The notes under the pieces: model-generated
Told to the model about the DNA's origin: nothing
The model's input: only the letters and a program-made list of their open reading frames with translations
The model's database searches: none
Made by a program: the position numbers and the translations under genes
Shown here: one piece after another, positions 50,082 through 59,740 of the stretch
Layout of the letters: every line of letters begins with the position of its first letter
Position numbering within the stretch: position 1 is the stretch's first letter
Origin: an uncultured Actinomycetes bacterium
GTDB taxonomy: Bacteria > Actinomycetota > UBA4738 > HRBIN12
Reading direction: 5' to 3'
Length of the DNA: 64,000 nucleotides
Assembly (NCBI GenBank): GCA_963792215.1
Contig: CAWBVL010000001.1
Location: forward strand, 385,646 to 449,645

Positions 50082-50165
50082 GGGCACTCCGAACCAGCGG
50101 CTCAGGTCTCTCCTTACGTTGCCTTTACAAGGCGAAGGCCGGGGGTTCGAGCTCCTCAGCGCCCA
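50082..50165 (+). pseudogene. Degenerate tRNA-Val copy A. The 3' half is well conserved. A possible full-length pseudo-tRNA has a disrupted, expanded D-arm.
   Basis: cgttgcctttacaaggcgaaggccgggggttcgagctcctcagcgcccac differs from the tRNA 3' segment at about 4 of 50 positions. The upstream gggcact could pair 6/7 with agcgccc. The copy is 84 nt against 73 nt for the tRNA. Confidence 0.6.
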
Positions 50166-50282
50166 CCCGGTGCGAGTGGGTCGGCAGGCAGCATCTCGAG
50201 ATAGCGCTGCTCGACGGTTGGACCTGGGTGCGACGGGTAGAGATGGTCGCGAACATCGACCGAGCCGCGAGAGGTTCTTCAC

Positions 50283-51521
50283 TTGCCACCCATCAAGGAT
50301 CCGCCGCCCCTCGGGGCCGAACCCGATTCGTGGGAACGCCGGTGGCCCCCAGTGACGTATTGGGCAAAGGTCGTCGTGACGGTGGTCGCCACCGTCTGGG
50401 TGATGTTCGCGATCAGGACGGTCGCGGCCATCCTGCTGCTGGTCGCCATCTCGCTCGTCTTGGCCGTCGGAGCCGAGCCCGCGGTTGCCTGGCTCACGCG
50501 GAAGGGTCTTCGGCGCGGCACCGCCGTGTTCGTGATCCTCGCGACCGTACTCCTGGTGTTTGGGCTCTTCCTTGCGCTCATAGTCCCGACCGCGGCTCGA
50601 CATATCGGGACGCTGTCGACCGATCTTCCCGCCTACCTCAGCCAACTGCAGGCCCGCGGGGGATGGGCGGGGTCCTTCCTGGCGCGGACGCAGGCTGTCG
50701 CCAAGGTCCAGGCATTCCTGGATTCGCCGCCCGCACAGATCGGAAGCTCGATGAGCACCTTGCTCGGCGTCGCCGGGAAGGTCGGAACGGCCCTCGTCGC
50801 GCTCGGAACGACCGCGGTTCTGACCGTGTACTTCATGCTGTCGCTTCCCGGTCTGCGCTCGCGTGCCCCCATCCTGTTCCGCCCCGAGATCCGGGACCGC
50901 ATGGAACCGGTGATCGAACAGTCCATCTCCCGGATCGGCGCGTACGTCGCCGGCAACGGCGTGACGTCGATCGCCTGCGCGATGGTCACTGCTGTGGCAT
51001 TGCTGGTGCTCAACGTCCCCTTCGCGATCCCGCTGGCGATCTGGGCCGGGTTCGCGGATCTGATCCCTGTGGTCGGGTCCTACGCTGGGGCGATCCCGGC
51101 GGTCGTCGTCGCCTTCTTCGTCTCACCGCTCGCCGGCCTTGCGGTAGCCGTGTTCTTCGTTGTCTATCAGCAGTTCGAGAACTACGTGCTGGTGCCCCGT
51201 GTGATGCACGGGGCCGTGGATCTGTCGCCCGCGTCGGTGATCGTGGCGACACTCATCGGCGCCTCGCTGGCCGGCTTCGTCGGGGCCTTGCTCGCGCTGC
51301 CGGTTGCGGCGACGATCAAGGTGCTCGTCATCGAGATCTGGCTGCAGGATCGGGTCGAGGAAGGCGACGACCTAGCGCGGCACCATCTGCGACGGGTACG
51401 CCGCCGAGCCCGTGCCGAACGCGCCGCGGCAGGAGGGCGTGCGCGGTGGTTGGATCGACTCCTGCCGACCAGGACGACGGAGCCGGCGTCGTCCAAACAC
51501 GCGGACCGCTCCTCGCTGTAG
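50283..51521 (+). CDS. AI-2E family (PerM/UPF0118) transporter.
   Basis: Eight-TM-like profile. ...FADLIPVVGSYAGAIPAVVVAFF...YQQFENYVLVPRVMH. The start is uncertain (TTG 50283). Confidence 0.78.
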   Translation: MPPIKDPPPLGAEPDSWERRWPPVTYWAKVVVTVVATVWVMFAIRTVAAILLLVAISLVLAVGAEPAVAWLTRKGLRRGTAVFVILATVLLVFGLFLALIVPTAARHIGTLSTDLPAYLSQLQARGGWAGSFLARTQAVAKVQAFLDSPPAQIGSSMSTLLGVAGKVGTALVALGTTAVLTVYFMLSLPGLRSRAPILFRPEIRDRMEPVIEQSISRIGAYVAGNGVTSIACAMVTAVALLVLNVPFAIPLAIWAGFADLIPVVGSYAGAIPAVVVAFFVSPLAGLAVAVFFVVYQQFENYVLVPRVMHGAVDLSPASVIVATLIGASLAGFVGALLALPVAATIKVLVIEIWLQDRVEEGDDLARHHLRRVRRRARAERAAAGGRARWLDRLLPTRTTEPASSKHADRSSL

Positions 51522-51631
51522 TTCCAACAGTCGGCTCTGACCTGGGGCCACGATCGCGTCAGGTGTGGGTACCGGCCGCCTCGTCGTCTGCCAGAGCCGT
51601 GGCCACGCACGTCTGAAATGAGCGCCGACTT

Positions 51632-52135
51632 TCAGGCAGCGCTAGCGCCGAGCGCGAGACCTCGGTCGATCTCGTCGCTCCGAAGGCGTAGAAGTTCTCG
51701 TTCCTCGGCCTCCGCCTGAGCGGCGAGGCGGTCTGCATCGACGACGGCGAGCCTCGCGTCGTAGGAAGCAGCACGCGCCATCGTTCCCCACAGCAGCCTC
51801 TTGCCCCATACACCGATAGCGAGCGCTTCGAGATCTTCGAGGAGGGTCGGGGCGTTGCCGATCGGCGCTGCATCGCGCAGCCACGTGAGCATCCCGCCCA
51901 CCACACCGACGCTTCGCGTCAGCACGCTCTCGCCCTGGCCCACGATCTCCAGTGCAGTGCGGATGGCCGCCTGCCCTTCCTCTATCTCGGTCCGGAGTGT
52001 GCGCATGTACAACCCCACCTCATCCTCGCCGTGCTGCTCGACGAGGCGGCTGGTGATCATCAGGGCAGCCTCTGAGCCGCCGAGATGATCGTTCAGGTAG
52101 GCGGCGAAGCTCTTCGCATCCATGCCGGCCGACAT
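51632..52135 (-). CDS. Hypothetical helical protein.
   Basis: This is the coding-looking C-terminal 167 aa of ORF 51632..52834. The upstream part of that ORF is antisense to the PP2C gene. Confidence 0.45.
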   Translation of the reverse strand: MSAGMDAKSFAAYLNDHLGGSEAALMITSRLVEQHGEDEVGLYMRTLRTEIEEGQAAIRTALEIVGQGESVLTRSVGVVGGMLTWLRDAAPIGNAPTLLEDLEALAIGVWGKRLLWGTMARAASYDARLAVVDADRLAAQAEAEERELLRLRSDEIDRGLALGASAA

Positions 52136-52342
52136 ACCCAGAAGCCGCAGTCTCACGCGGAGTTGGCGTGGATCGTCAGCCGGCGGACGCCGTGTGTCCT
52201 GCCGGCGTTGCTGATCGCCTTGGTCAGTTGGCCGAACACGGTGCCGAGAGGGGCCGCCAGTGGCGGCGTTGCCTTTCACGGTCTCGATCCCGTGTTCAGG
52301 AGCGTGTTGCCTTGGCGGAGCTCCATCACTCAGAGTGGCGGA

Positions 52343-53947
52343 GTGACGACCTTCGCCCCGATCGACGACCTCGAACGCCTCAAGCGCCTGCAGCGCGTGA
52401 GCGATGCCGCGCTCGCCCTCCTGTCGGTGGAAGACCTGCTCGACGAGCTCCTCCTGCGGGTTCGCGACATCCTCGGCGCGGACACGGCCGCCGTTCTTTT
52501 GTTGGACACCGAGAAGAACGAGCTCGTGGCCCGCGCGGCGAAAGGGATCGAAGAGGAGGTGGAGCGCGGAGTCAGGATCCCGGTTGGAAAGGGGTTCGCC
52601 GGTCGGATCGCGGCCGAGCGACATCCGGTAGCGCTTACGACCGTCGACCACACGACGGTCCTGAACCCGATCCTCGTCCAGAAGGGCATCCGTTCGCTCC
52701 TGGGGGTTCCGTTGATCGCGCATGGAGACGTCGTTGGGGTGCTCCACGTCGGGACGACTACTCCGCGCGTCTTCCAGCAGGATGAGGTCGAACTCCTCCA
52801 ACTCGTCGCAGATCGTGTCGCGCTCGCCCTCCAAGTACGTCTCGTGGAAAGCGCTCGCGTTGTCATCGATGCGTTCCAGCGCACATTCCTCCCCGACTCA
52901 TTGCCGTACGTACCAGGGCTCCGGGTGACGACGAAGTACTTGCCAGCGTCTTCCGACGTCGGCATCGGTGGCGACTGGTTCGATTCATTCCCGCTTCCCT
53001 CAGGTGACCTCGTCCTAGCGATCGGCGACGTGGCAGGCCATGGACTGCCGGCCGCCTCGCTGATGGGGAAGATGCGCAATGCGCTCCGCGCGTACGCATT
53101 ATTGGGCGGGACCGTCAGCGAGATCGCCGAGCGCTTGGGTCGGTATCACCGGCACTTCGGTGACGGAGAGCTGGTCACGCTGCTGGTCGGGGTGCTGACC
53201 AAAGACCTCTCGACCTTCCGGTTCGTGCTAGCCGGGCATTGCCCGCCGCTCGTGCTCAGCGAGAGGGGTGCCGCGTTCGCAACGATCTCCGAACACGTCC
53301 CTCCGCTCGGCGTGGACCGATCCAAACCCTTCATCGAGCACGAGCTACGGATCGACCGCGGGAGCATGCTCTTGCTGTACACCGACGGGCTTGTGGAACG
53401 TAGGGGCGAGTCGCTCGACGTTGGTCTCGAGCGGCTTCGGCGTACGGCCGAGCGATCGCTACCAGTACACGACGCCCCGGAGGCCATCGCCGCGCTGCTC
53501 GAGGAACAACTCGAGGGAGGCCGTCCTGCTGATGACGTGGCGGTGTTGCTCCTCCAACGGCAAGCCATCCCATCACTCGAGTTGGAGTTCGCCGTGCCGG
53601 CACGCGCGAGGTCGCTTGTGGATATCCGACGAGCCGTCGGCCGTTGGCTCGACGATATCGGTGTCCCCCCTGTGACGGCGATGGAGATCGTTACCGCTGT
53701 CTCGGAGGCTTCGACGAACGCCATCGAACACGCCTACGGGCCGGCCGGCGGCACCATCAGCATCGCCGGAGATACCAAGGACGAGGTCGTCGAGATGAGG
53801 GTCCGCGATACGGGAGGATGGCGAGGCAGCTCCCGCGGGGGTCGCGGCAACGGCCTTCGCCTTATCCGTGGACTTATGGACGAGGTCACCGTGGAGCCAA
53901 CGGATCAAGGCACCACGGTGCGGATGCGACGGAAGGCTGGATCTTGA
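52343..53947 (+). CDS. GAF, PP2C (SpoIIE) phosphatase and HATPase_c (RsbW-like) fusion protein.
   Basis: GAF region (LLDTEKNELVARAAKG...GKGFAGRIA). PP2C region (GGDWFD...IGDVAGHG...LYTDGLVE). C-terminal anti-sigma kinase-like region (EASTNAIEHAY...VRDTG). The start is uncertain (GTG 52343). Confidence 0.78.
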   Translation: MTTFAPIDDLERLKRLQRVSDAALALLSVEDLLDELLLRVRDILGADTAAVLLLDTEKNELVARAAKGIEEEVERGVRIPVGKGFAGRIAAERHPVALTTVDHTTVLNPILVQKGIRSLLGVPLIAHGDVVGVLHVGTTTPRVFQQDEVELLQLVADRVALALQVRLVESARVVIDAFQRTFLPDSLPYVPGLRVTTKYLPASSDVGIGGDWFDSFPLPSGDLVLAIGDVAGHGLPAASLMGKMRNALRAYALLGGTVSEIAERLGRYHRHFGDGELVTLLVGVLTKDLSTFRFVLAGHCPPLVLSERGAAFATISEHVPPLGVDRSKPFIEHELRIDRGSMLLLYTDGLVERRGESLDVGLERLRRTAERSLPVHDAPEAIAALLEEQLEGGRPADDVAVLLLQRQAIPSLELEFAVPARARSLVDIRRAVGRWLDDIGVPPVTAMEIVTAVSEASTNAIEHAYGPAGGTISIAGDTKDEVVEMRVRDTGGWRGSSRGGRGNGLRLIRGLMDEVTVEPTDQGTTVRMRRKAGS

Positions 53948-54336
53948 CCTCCGAGCTCGCTGACCTCGCGCTCGACCGCATGGACGGGCTGGTCGTCGTG
54001 ACGGTGGCCGGCGAGATCGACATGTCGAACGCGGTCCGGGTTCGGGAACGGATCGCCGGGTTCGTGACCCCCGAGGACTGGGCCGTCGTTCTGGATCTGT
54101 CCGAACTGACGTTCATCGACAGCGTGGGTCTACACGGCGTTTCGCTGCTCGCGGAACTGCTCGAAGAACGACGGCAGGGGCTGTTCCTATGCGTGCCACC
54201 AGGCGGAAGCATCGCGCGAACGGTTGAGCTCGTCGGACTGCACTCGGTGTCGATCCACGCTGACCGGGACCTGGCCCTCGCGGCCGCGAGGGCGGATCAA
54301 CCGACGAGTCGGCCGTACCCGTCAGAAGGCGCCTGA
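53944..54336 (+). CDS. STAS-domain anti-sigma-factor antagonist.
   Basis: TTGA overlap with the upstream gene. VVTVAGEIDMSNA...LDLSELTFIDSVGL. Confidence 0.78.
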   Translation: MTSELADLALDRMDGLVVVTVAGEIDMSNAVRVRERIAGFVTPEDWAVVLDLSELTFIDSVGLHGVSLLAELLEERRQGLFLCVPPGGSIARTVELVGLHSVSIHADRDLALAAARADQPTSRPYPSEGA

Positions 54337-54419
54337 TTGCGTGACCTCCACCACGCAGGTGGCGGTGCTACTCGACTTAAGGCGTGACACCATTTTGGTC
54401 CGATCCACCGCGCCGAAGG

Positions 54420-54644
54420 TCATGCGCGGGTGCCTTCGTCTCCGTTCGGTGGTGTCGGAGGGAACTCTGCCGGTGCCGGCTTGCCCGGCAGGTCGGGGGC
54501 GGGTTCCCCCGGAAGCGGGTCGTTCCCTGGGGCCGGACGTGGCCGAGGTTGCCCGTCGGGCTCCTCGGGTGGCACCGGCTCGATCGGCGGATCTTCCGGC
54601 ACGGGCTTGATCGGCGGGTCTTCGTTGGGCGCGTCCTCGCGCAT
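54420..54644 (-). CDS. Proline-rich acidic small protein.
   Basis: GAGGAGAG RBS. PEDPPIKPVPEDPPIEPVPPEEP repeats. The low-complexity sequence makes this uncertain. Confidence 0.3.
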   Translation of the reverse strand: MREDAPNEDPPIKPVPEDPPIEPVPPEEPDGQPRPRPAPGNDPLPGEPAPDLPGKPAPAEFPPTPPNGDEGTRA

Positions 54645-54901
54645 GCTTCACACTCTCCTCGTCGGTGGGGCGGGAGGTACCCCCAGGCCACGTCGCCAAA
54701 CAGCGGATCGGATGTGTGCCGGTCCCTTCATCGTGGGAGGTTCCCGCGCGGGCGAAGAAGCCGTCTCCTGCTGTGTCGACCTCCTAGCCGCGGTGAGCGG
54801 CCGAGCATCGCACGGACGACAGGTGGGTCGGAGATCATCCTCGCGGGGTCGACCCGCCGACCTTGAGGGCGTCTCGAGGGTCGGGGCCGGTGCCCGGATC
54901 C

Positions 54902-55762
54902 TCAGGCGCGGCGACGGCCGCCGATGCGCGGCGAGCCGAATCGCATCACCCGTCCGCCGAAGGCGATCGCGCAGACCGCTACCCATGTCCATCCGAGGAT
55001 CAACCCGCCGATCACGTCGGACACCCAGTGGACGCCGAGGAACACGCGTGAGCACGCCACGGCGACCGCGATCGCGACGGCTGATCCCGCGAGGATCCTT
55101 CGGCCGCGGGGACCCCAGTCGCGACCGACGACGAGCGCGACGGCGATGAACGTCGCGGCGGCCGCGGTGGTGTGTCCGCTCGGGAACGACGGCCCACTGA
55201 AGCCGGCTAGGGGATGGAGGTCGGGTCGCGCCCGCTGCACGACGTCTTTGATGAGGTTCGAGAGCAGCAACTGCCCCCCGATGACGAGCGCGAGGAATAC
55301 CGGGATGGCAGGGTTCCGCCACCGCCAGTACGCATAGACGGCCGCGAGGACACCCACGACCACGACCCCGACGGTGGAACCGAACCAGGTGACGAGGTCG
55401 AAGACGGAGATCGACATCGCCGTCATCCGCGTGTTTGACCACTGTCCCACAGCTCGATCCACCTGCACCAGACCGGTCTGGGTACGCACCATGTAGACCA
55501 AGATCCCGAGAGCGATCCCTGCACCGATGACGGCCACGAGGCACACGGTGAGCGCTAACCCGGTCGCGACCCCGCGCCGGAACCGAGCCCGGAGGAAGAT
55601 CCGGACCGACCGGCGCCGGCCCAGCTCATCACCGATCGCGCCGGTCGCGACCAACGCCGGATCCGCACGCGGCGTCGCACCGAACAGCAGTGCGGCGAGG
55701 AGCCCAGCAGCGGTGGCTACCGCCGCAACGACTCCGACCACTTCCATCAGGTCTCCGATCAC
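54902..55762 (-). CDS. PAP2-family membrane phosphatase.
   Basis: KDVVQRARP, PSGHT and SRVFLGVHWVSDV motifs. Confidence 0.8.
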   Translation of the reverse strand: MIGDLMEVVGVVAAVATAAGLLAALLFGATPRADPALVATGAIGDELGRRRSVRIFLRARFRRGVATGLALTVCLVAVIGAGIALGILVYMVRTQTGLVQVDRAVGQWSNTRMTAMSISVFDLVTWFGSTVGVVVVGVLAAVYAYWRWRNPAIPVFLALVIGGQLLLSNLIKDVVQRARPDLHPLAGFSGPSFPSGHTTAAAATFIAVALVVGRDWGPRGRRILAGSAVAIAVAVACSRVFLGVHWVSDVIGGLILGWTWVAVCAIAFGGRVMRFGSPRIGGRRRA

Positions 55763-55835
55763 GAGGTACGACGTCCATCCACGAGGTAGGACGTCGCACG
55801 TTTACCCCGGGCCTCAGATTGGAAAACCAAGCCTC

Positions 55836-56666
55836 ATGGATGACACAGCGAACCGGATGGCGTATCGAGGCACCCACGAGGGGAACGGTGACGTATCGAT
55901 CTTCGATCCCCGTGTGGACGGTCCGGCAACAACCGTGGCGCACGCGTTCCGCGGACCCGTCCGCGCCTGGGCGGCGTCGACCTTCGCCGCCTGGGCGGTC
56001 GTGGCCGCGGCCCTTATCGGGCTGGGGTGGGTCTTGGTCCATGAGATCCTTCCGGATGGTGTGGCCGCCTGGGATCGCTCGGTCGCGACCTGGTTCGTCG
56101 CGCAGCGCACCGACACGCTCAACACCGTCACGGCCTTCGGGTCCATGCTCGGGTCGACGTTCGTCGTCATCGGGATCGCCGTGGTGGTGGGGATCGTCCT
56201 CGCGATCCGTCACCATTGGCGCGAGGTCGGTTTCCTGGCGGCAGCCCTGTTGATCGAGGTCGGTGCCTTCCTCGCGACGGCGTTCGTGATCAACCGGCCG
56301 CGGCCCGCTGTGCCCCAGCTCGATGTTGCACCCCCGACATCGTCGTTCCCATCGGGGCATACCGCAGCGGCATTGGTCCTCTACGTTGGCATCGCGATCA
56401 TCGTGTGGACGCTCACCGACAACCGGGCGCTGCGCATCCTCTTCTGGACACTCGCGGTCTTGGTTCCGATCTTCGTTGCGCTGTCCCGGTTGTACCGAGG
56501 GATGCATCACGCGACCGATGTCATGGCATCCGTGCTCCTCGCGATCGCGAGCCTCACCTGTGCGGTGATGGTCACACGGGTCACATCCGCCGTCTCGGAT
56601 GCGAGCCGCGGGGAGCCGGCGAAGGCAGAGAGGTCGACGTCCGCGCGCCATGAGGTCTCGGCATGA
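55836..56666 (+). CDS. PAP2-family membrane phosphatase (second copy, divergent from the first).
   Basis: NRPRP, PSGHT and SRLYRGMHHATDV motifs. Confidence 0.8.
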   Translation: MDDTANRMAYRGTHEGNGDVSIFDPRVDGPATTVAHAFRGPVRAWAASTFAAWAVVAAALIGLGWVLVHEILPDGVAAWDRSVATWFVAQRTDTLNTVTAFGSMLGSTFVVIGIAVVVGIVLAIRHHWREVGFLAAALLIEVGAFLATAFVINRPRPAVPQLDVAPPTSSFPSGHTAAALVLYVGIAIIVWTLTDNRALRILFWTLAVLVPIFVALSRLYRGMHHATDVMASVLLAIASLTCAVMVTRVTSAVSDASRGEPAKAERSTSARHEVSA

Positions 56667-57553
56667 CCTCGGTCGCGGTGATCGCACATAGCGCTAAGAC
56701 GTTCGATGGAGGGCTGCCCGCTCTCCGTCGAGCGCTGGCCGGATACGGGTTCGTCGATCCGCCATGGATCGAGGTCGCGAAGGCGAAGAAGATCCCCAAG
56801 CAGGCCCGCCGACTCCTCGACGAGGGCGCGGATGTCTTGTTCGTGTGGGGTGGCGATGGCACGGTGCAACGTGCGCTCGATGCGGTGGCCGGTAGCGGCA
56901 TCCAGGTCGCGATCTTGCCCGCGGGAACGGCGAACCTCTTCGCCACCAATCTGGGGATACCCCGGGACCTGGAAGGAGCCGTGCGTGTCGGACTGCACGG
57001 CGCCCGGCGAACGATCGACCTCGGGAAGACCAACGGTGAGCACTTCGGTGTCATGTCCGGCGTGGGCCTGGACGCGTTCATGATCCGGGACGCGGACGTC
57101 GGGGGCTTGAAGGACCGGATGGGGTCGCTCGCCTACGTTTTCACCGGCGCCAAGAACCTCTCGCGCGACCCGGTGAAGATGCGCATCGAGGTGGACGGCG
57201 CGACGTGGTTCGATGATCTCGCGAGCTGTGCGCTGATCGGGAACCTCGGGGAGGTCGTCGGCGGGATCAGCGCGTTCCCGGATGCACGGCCGGACGACGG
57301 TGTGCTCGACATCGGTGTGATCACCGCCGACAGCGGCCTCGACTGGTTACGAACCCTATCCCGTTCCATCGTCGGCGACCCGTCGAGATCGCCGTTCATC
57401 CGCATGACGACCGGGAGATCGTTCGATATCCGGACGAGCGCGCCACTGCTCTACGAACTGGATGGCAGCGAGCGCAGCACGACGACCCATATCAAGACCA
57501 AAGTGAAGCCTCAGGCGATCACCGTGTGTGTGCCGGAGATGGAGGGATCGTGA
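56663..57553 (+). CDS. Diacylglycerol/lipid kinase (DAGK catalytic domain, YegS/LCB5-like).
   Basis: ATGA overlap. VWGGDGTV and PAGTANLFA motifs. Confidence 0.83.
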   Translation: MTSVAVIAHSAKTFDGGLPALRRALAGYGFVDPPWIEVAKAKKIPKQARRLLDEGADVLFVWGGDGTVQRALDAVAGSGIQVAILPAGTANLFATNLGIPRDLEGAVRVGLHGARRTIDLGKTNGEHFGVMSGVGLDAFMIRDADVGGLKDRMGSLAYVFTGAKNLSRDPVKMRIEVDGATWFDDLASCALIGNLGEVVGGISAFPDARPDDGVLDIGVITADSGLDWLRTLSRSIVGDPSRSPFIRMTTGRSFDIRTSAPLLYELDGSERSTTTHIKTKVKPQAITVCVPEMEGS

Positions 57554-58503
57554 GCACTGCGAACGTAGTCCCCGAGACCTACGGGCTGACTGGCGACGAC
57601 GCGAAGGAGACGCTCGAGCACGTCGGGCGGTGGCAGCTCATGCGAGATGCCTTCCAGCGACTGCGGTGGGCCGATGGATTCAGTCATGCGCGCTCGATGG
57701 CTTATGCGACGACATTGATCTTCGTTCAAGGAGTTATCGCGCTCGTCGGCCTGGCGAGCATGCTGGGGACGGGCGGCGCTCGAGACCTGATCGTCAACAC
57801 GCTGCGGTCGGTCGCACCGGGGCCGACGGGGCAGGTGCTGACGGAGGCCGCGGGTCAGGCGCAGCAGGCTGGCTCCCAGCACCCGGTGGCGCTGATCGCG
57901 GGATGCATCGGTGCGCTGGTGACCGGCGCAGTGCTGATGGGCCAGATCGAGCGCGCCTTGAACAGGCTCTACGGCGTCGAACAGGATCGCCCCGCGTTGC
58001 ATAAATACGGGAGGGCGGTCGTCCTGGCGTTGACCGCCGGCGGCGCGCTGGCGGTAGCCATCGTCGCCCTCGCGGTCGGCCGGAACATCGGCTCTGCCAT
58101 CCACACCTCGGCCGTCGCCACGGCCTGGAACCTGCTGCGTTGGCCGCTTGCGTTGGGTCTGCTGGGTGTCGGCACCGCGCTGCTCTTCCGACACGCGCCG
58201 AGACGGCACCAACCAGCGTGGTCATGGCTCGCGTTCGGCGCGGCGATCGCCGTCGTGCTGCTGCTCGTCGTCACGGCGGGGCTCGATCTGCTCTTCCAGC
58301 TCAGCTCGACCTTCGGCACGACATATGGTCCACTGGCCGGTATCGTCGCGCTGATGTTCTGGGCGTTCGCGGCCTCGATCTCGTTCCTGTACGGCGCGGC
58401 GCTCGCCGCGCAGCTCGAGGCCGTCCGGGCAGGCGCCGCGTCCCCGCAGGACCTGCGGAAAGCTGACGTGGCGACGAGTGAGCCGGCGACGATGATCCGG
58501 TGA
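57550..58503 (+). CDS. YihY/BrkB-family membrane protein.
   Basis: GTGA overlap. SMAYATTLIFVQ...YGPLAGIVALMFW...SFLYGAA profile. Confidence 0.75.
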   Translation: MSTANVVPETYGLTGDDAKETLEHVGRWQLMRDAFQRLRWADGFSHARSMAYATTLIFVQGVIALVGLASMLGTGGARDLIVNTLRSVAPGPTGQVLTEAAGQAQQAGSQHPVALIAGCIGALVTGAVLMGQIERALNRLYGVEQDRPALHKYGRAVVLALTAGGALAVAIVALAVGRNIGSAIHTSAVATAWNLLRWPLALGLLGVGTALLFRHAPRRHQPAWSWLAFGAAIAVVLLLVVTAGLDLLFQLSSTFGTTYGPLAGIVALMFWAFAASISFLYGAALAAQLEAVRAGAASPQDLRKADVATSEPATMIR

Positions 58504-59669
58504 TGGGTGGGGCCGATCGCACGCTCGCCGTGCGGCGGATGCTCGAGGGCATCATCGGTGTGCCGTTCACGGAGGGGAACACCGTCTCGATCCTCCGCAA
58601 CGGAGACGAGATCTTCCCGGATATGTTGGAGGGGATCGGGACCGCCGAGCACACGATCGATTTCTTGACGTTCGTCTATTGGAGCGGCGAGATCGGGACT
58701 CGGTTCGCCGAGACGCTCTCGGAACGAGCGCGGGCGGGTGTGCGCGTGCGCCTGCTGCTCGACAGCTGGGGGGCACATCCGATCGATCGGTCCTTGGTCG
58801 ACGAGATGCAAACCGCGGGCGTACACCTCGAGTGGTTCCGGCCCCTGCGGAAGTTCGAGCCGCACAAGATGGACCACCGCACGCATCGCAAGGTTGTGAT
58901 CGTCGACGAATCGATCGGGTTCACGGGCGGCGTTGGTATCGCCGACGAGTGGCAGGGCGACGCACGCGACGAATCGGAGTGGCGCGACACCCACTTCCGC
59001 GTACAAGGCCCGTGTGTCGACGGGCTTCGCGCGGCGTTCCTCGACAACTGGCTCGAATGCGACACCACCATGTACGAAGCGGGAGTGGATCGGTTCCCAC
59101 GTCAGGAGCAGGCGGGCGACTCGGTGATCCAATGCGTTCGAGGAGCGTCAGAAGCGGGGATGAGCGACATCTCGACCGCCTTCAACGCGCTGCTCCTGCT
59201 CGCTGAGGAACGTGTCCGGATCGCCACCGCGTACTTCGTTCCCGACGAAGAGATGACGCAGCGGTTATGTGAGACCGCGGACCGCGGCGTCTCCGTAGAG
59301 GTCCTCTTGCCTGGCCCGAACGCCGACAAGCGATTCGTGCAGCTCGCCGGCGAGGCCGAGTTCGCGGAGCTGCTTGATCACGGCATCCAGATCGCGTACT
59401 TCCAGCCGTCGATGCTGCACGCCAAGATCATGACCGTCGACGGCATCCTCGCGATGGTGGGCTCTGCCAACCTCAACGTGCGTTCCACGGAGCGCGACGA
59501 GGAGATCAACCTGATCATCCTGAACGGCGGGGTTACCGCCACGCTCGACGCACACTTCGACGAAGATCTCCGGCGGAGCGAATGGGTAACACGCGACGAG
59601 TGGGAGGATCGATCCATCACCCAACGCGTCAAAGAAGGCCTCACGCGACCGCTCCAGGATCACGTCTGA
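58500..59669 (+). CDS. Phospholipase D / cardiolipin synthase-like protein with two HKD motifs.
   Basis: GTGA overlap. HRKVVIVDESIGFTGGVGI and HAKIMTVDGILAMVGSANLN. Confidence 0.83.
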   Translation: MMGGADRTLAVRRMLEGIIGVPFTEGNTVSILRNGDEIFPDMLEGIGTAEHTIDFLTFVYWSGEIGTRFAETLSERARAGVRVRLLLDSWGAHPIDRSLVDEMQTAGVHLEWFRPLRKFEPHKMDHRTHRKVVIVDESIGFTGGVGIADEWQGDARDESEWRDTHFRVQGPCVDGLRAAFLDNWLECDTTMYEAGVDRFPRQEQAGDSVIQCVRGASEAGMSDISTAFNALLLLAEERVRIATAYFVPDEEMTQRLCETADRGVSVEVLLPGPNADKRFVQLAGEAEFAELLDHGIQIAYFQPSMLHAKIMTVDGILAMVGSANLNVRSTERDEEINLIILNGGVTATLDAHFDEDLRRSEWVTRDEWEDRSITQRVKEGLTRPLQDHV

Positions 59670-59740
59670 CCAGCACTTTCGTTCCCCCCTTATCAGGCGA
59701 AAGTCGGGGGTTCGAGCCCCGCAGCCCCCACGAGCAGATC
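59665..59740 (+). repeat. tRNA-Val-derived repeat B.
   Basis: tctgaccagcactttcgttccccccttatcaggcgaaagtcgggggttcgagccccgcagcccccacgagcaga. It starts inside the cls stop codon. Confidence 0.75.
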
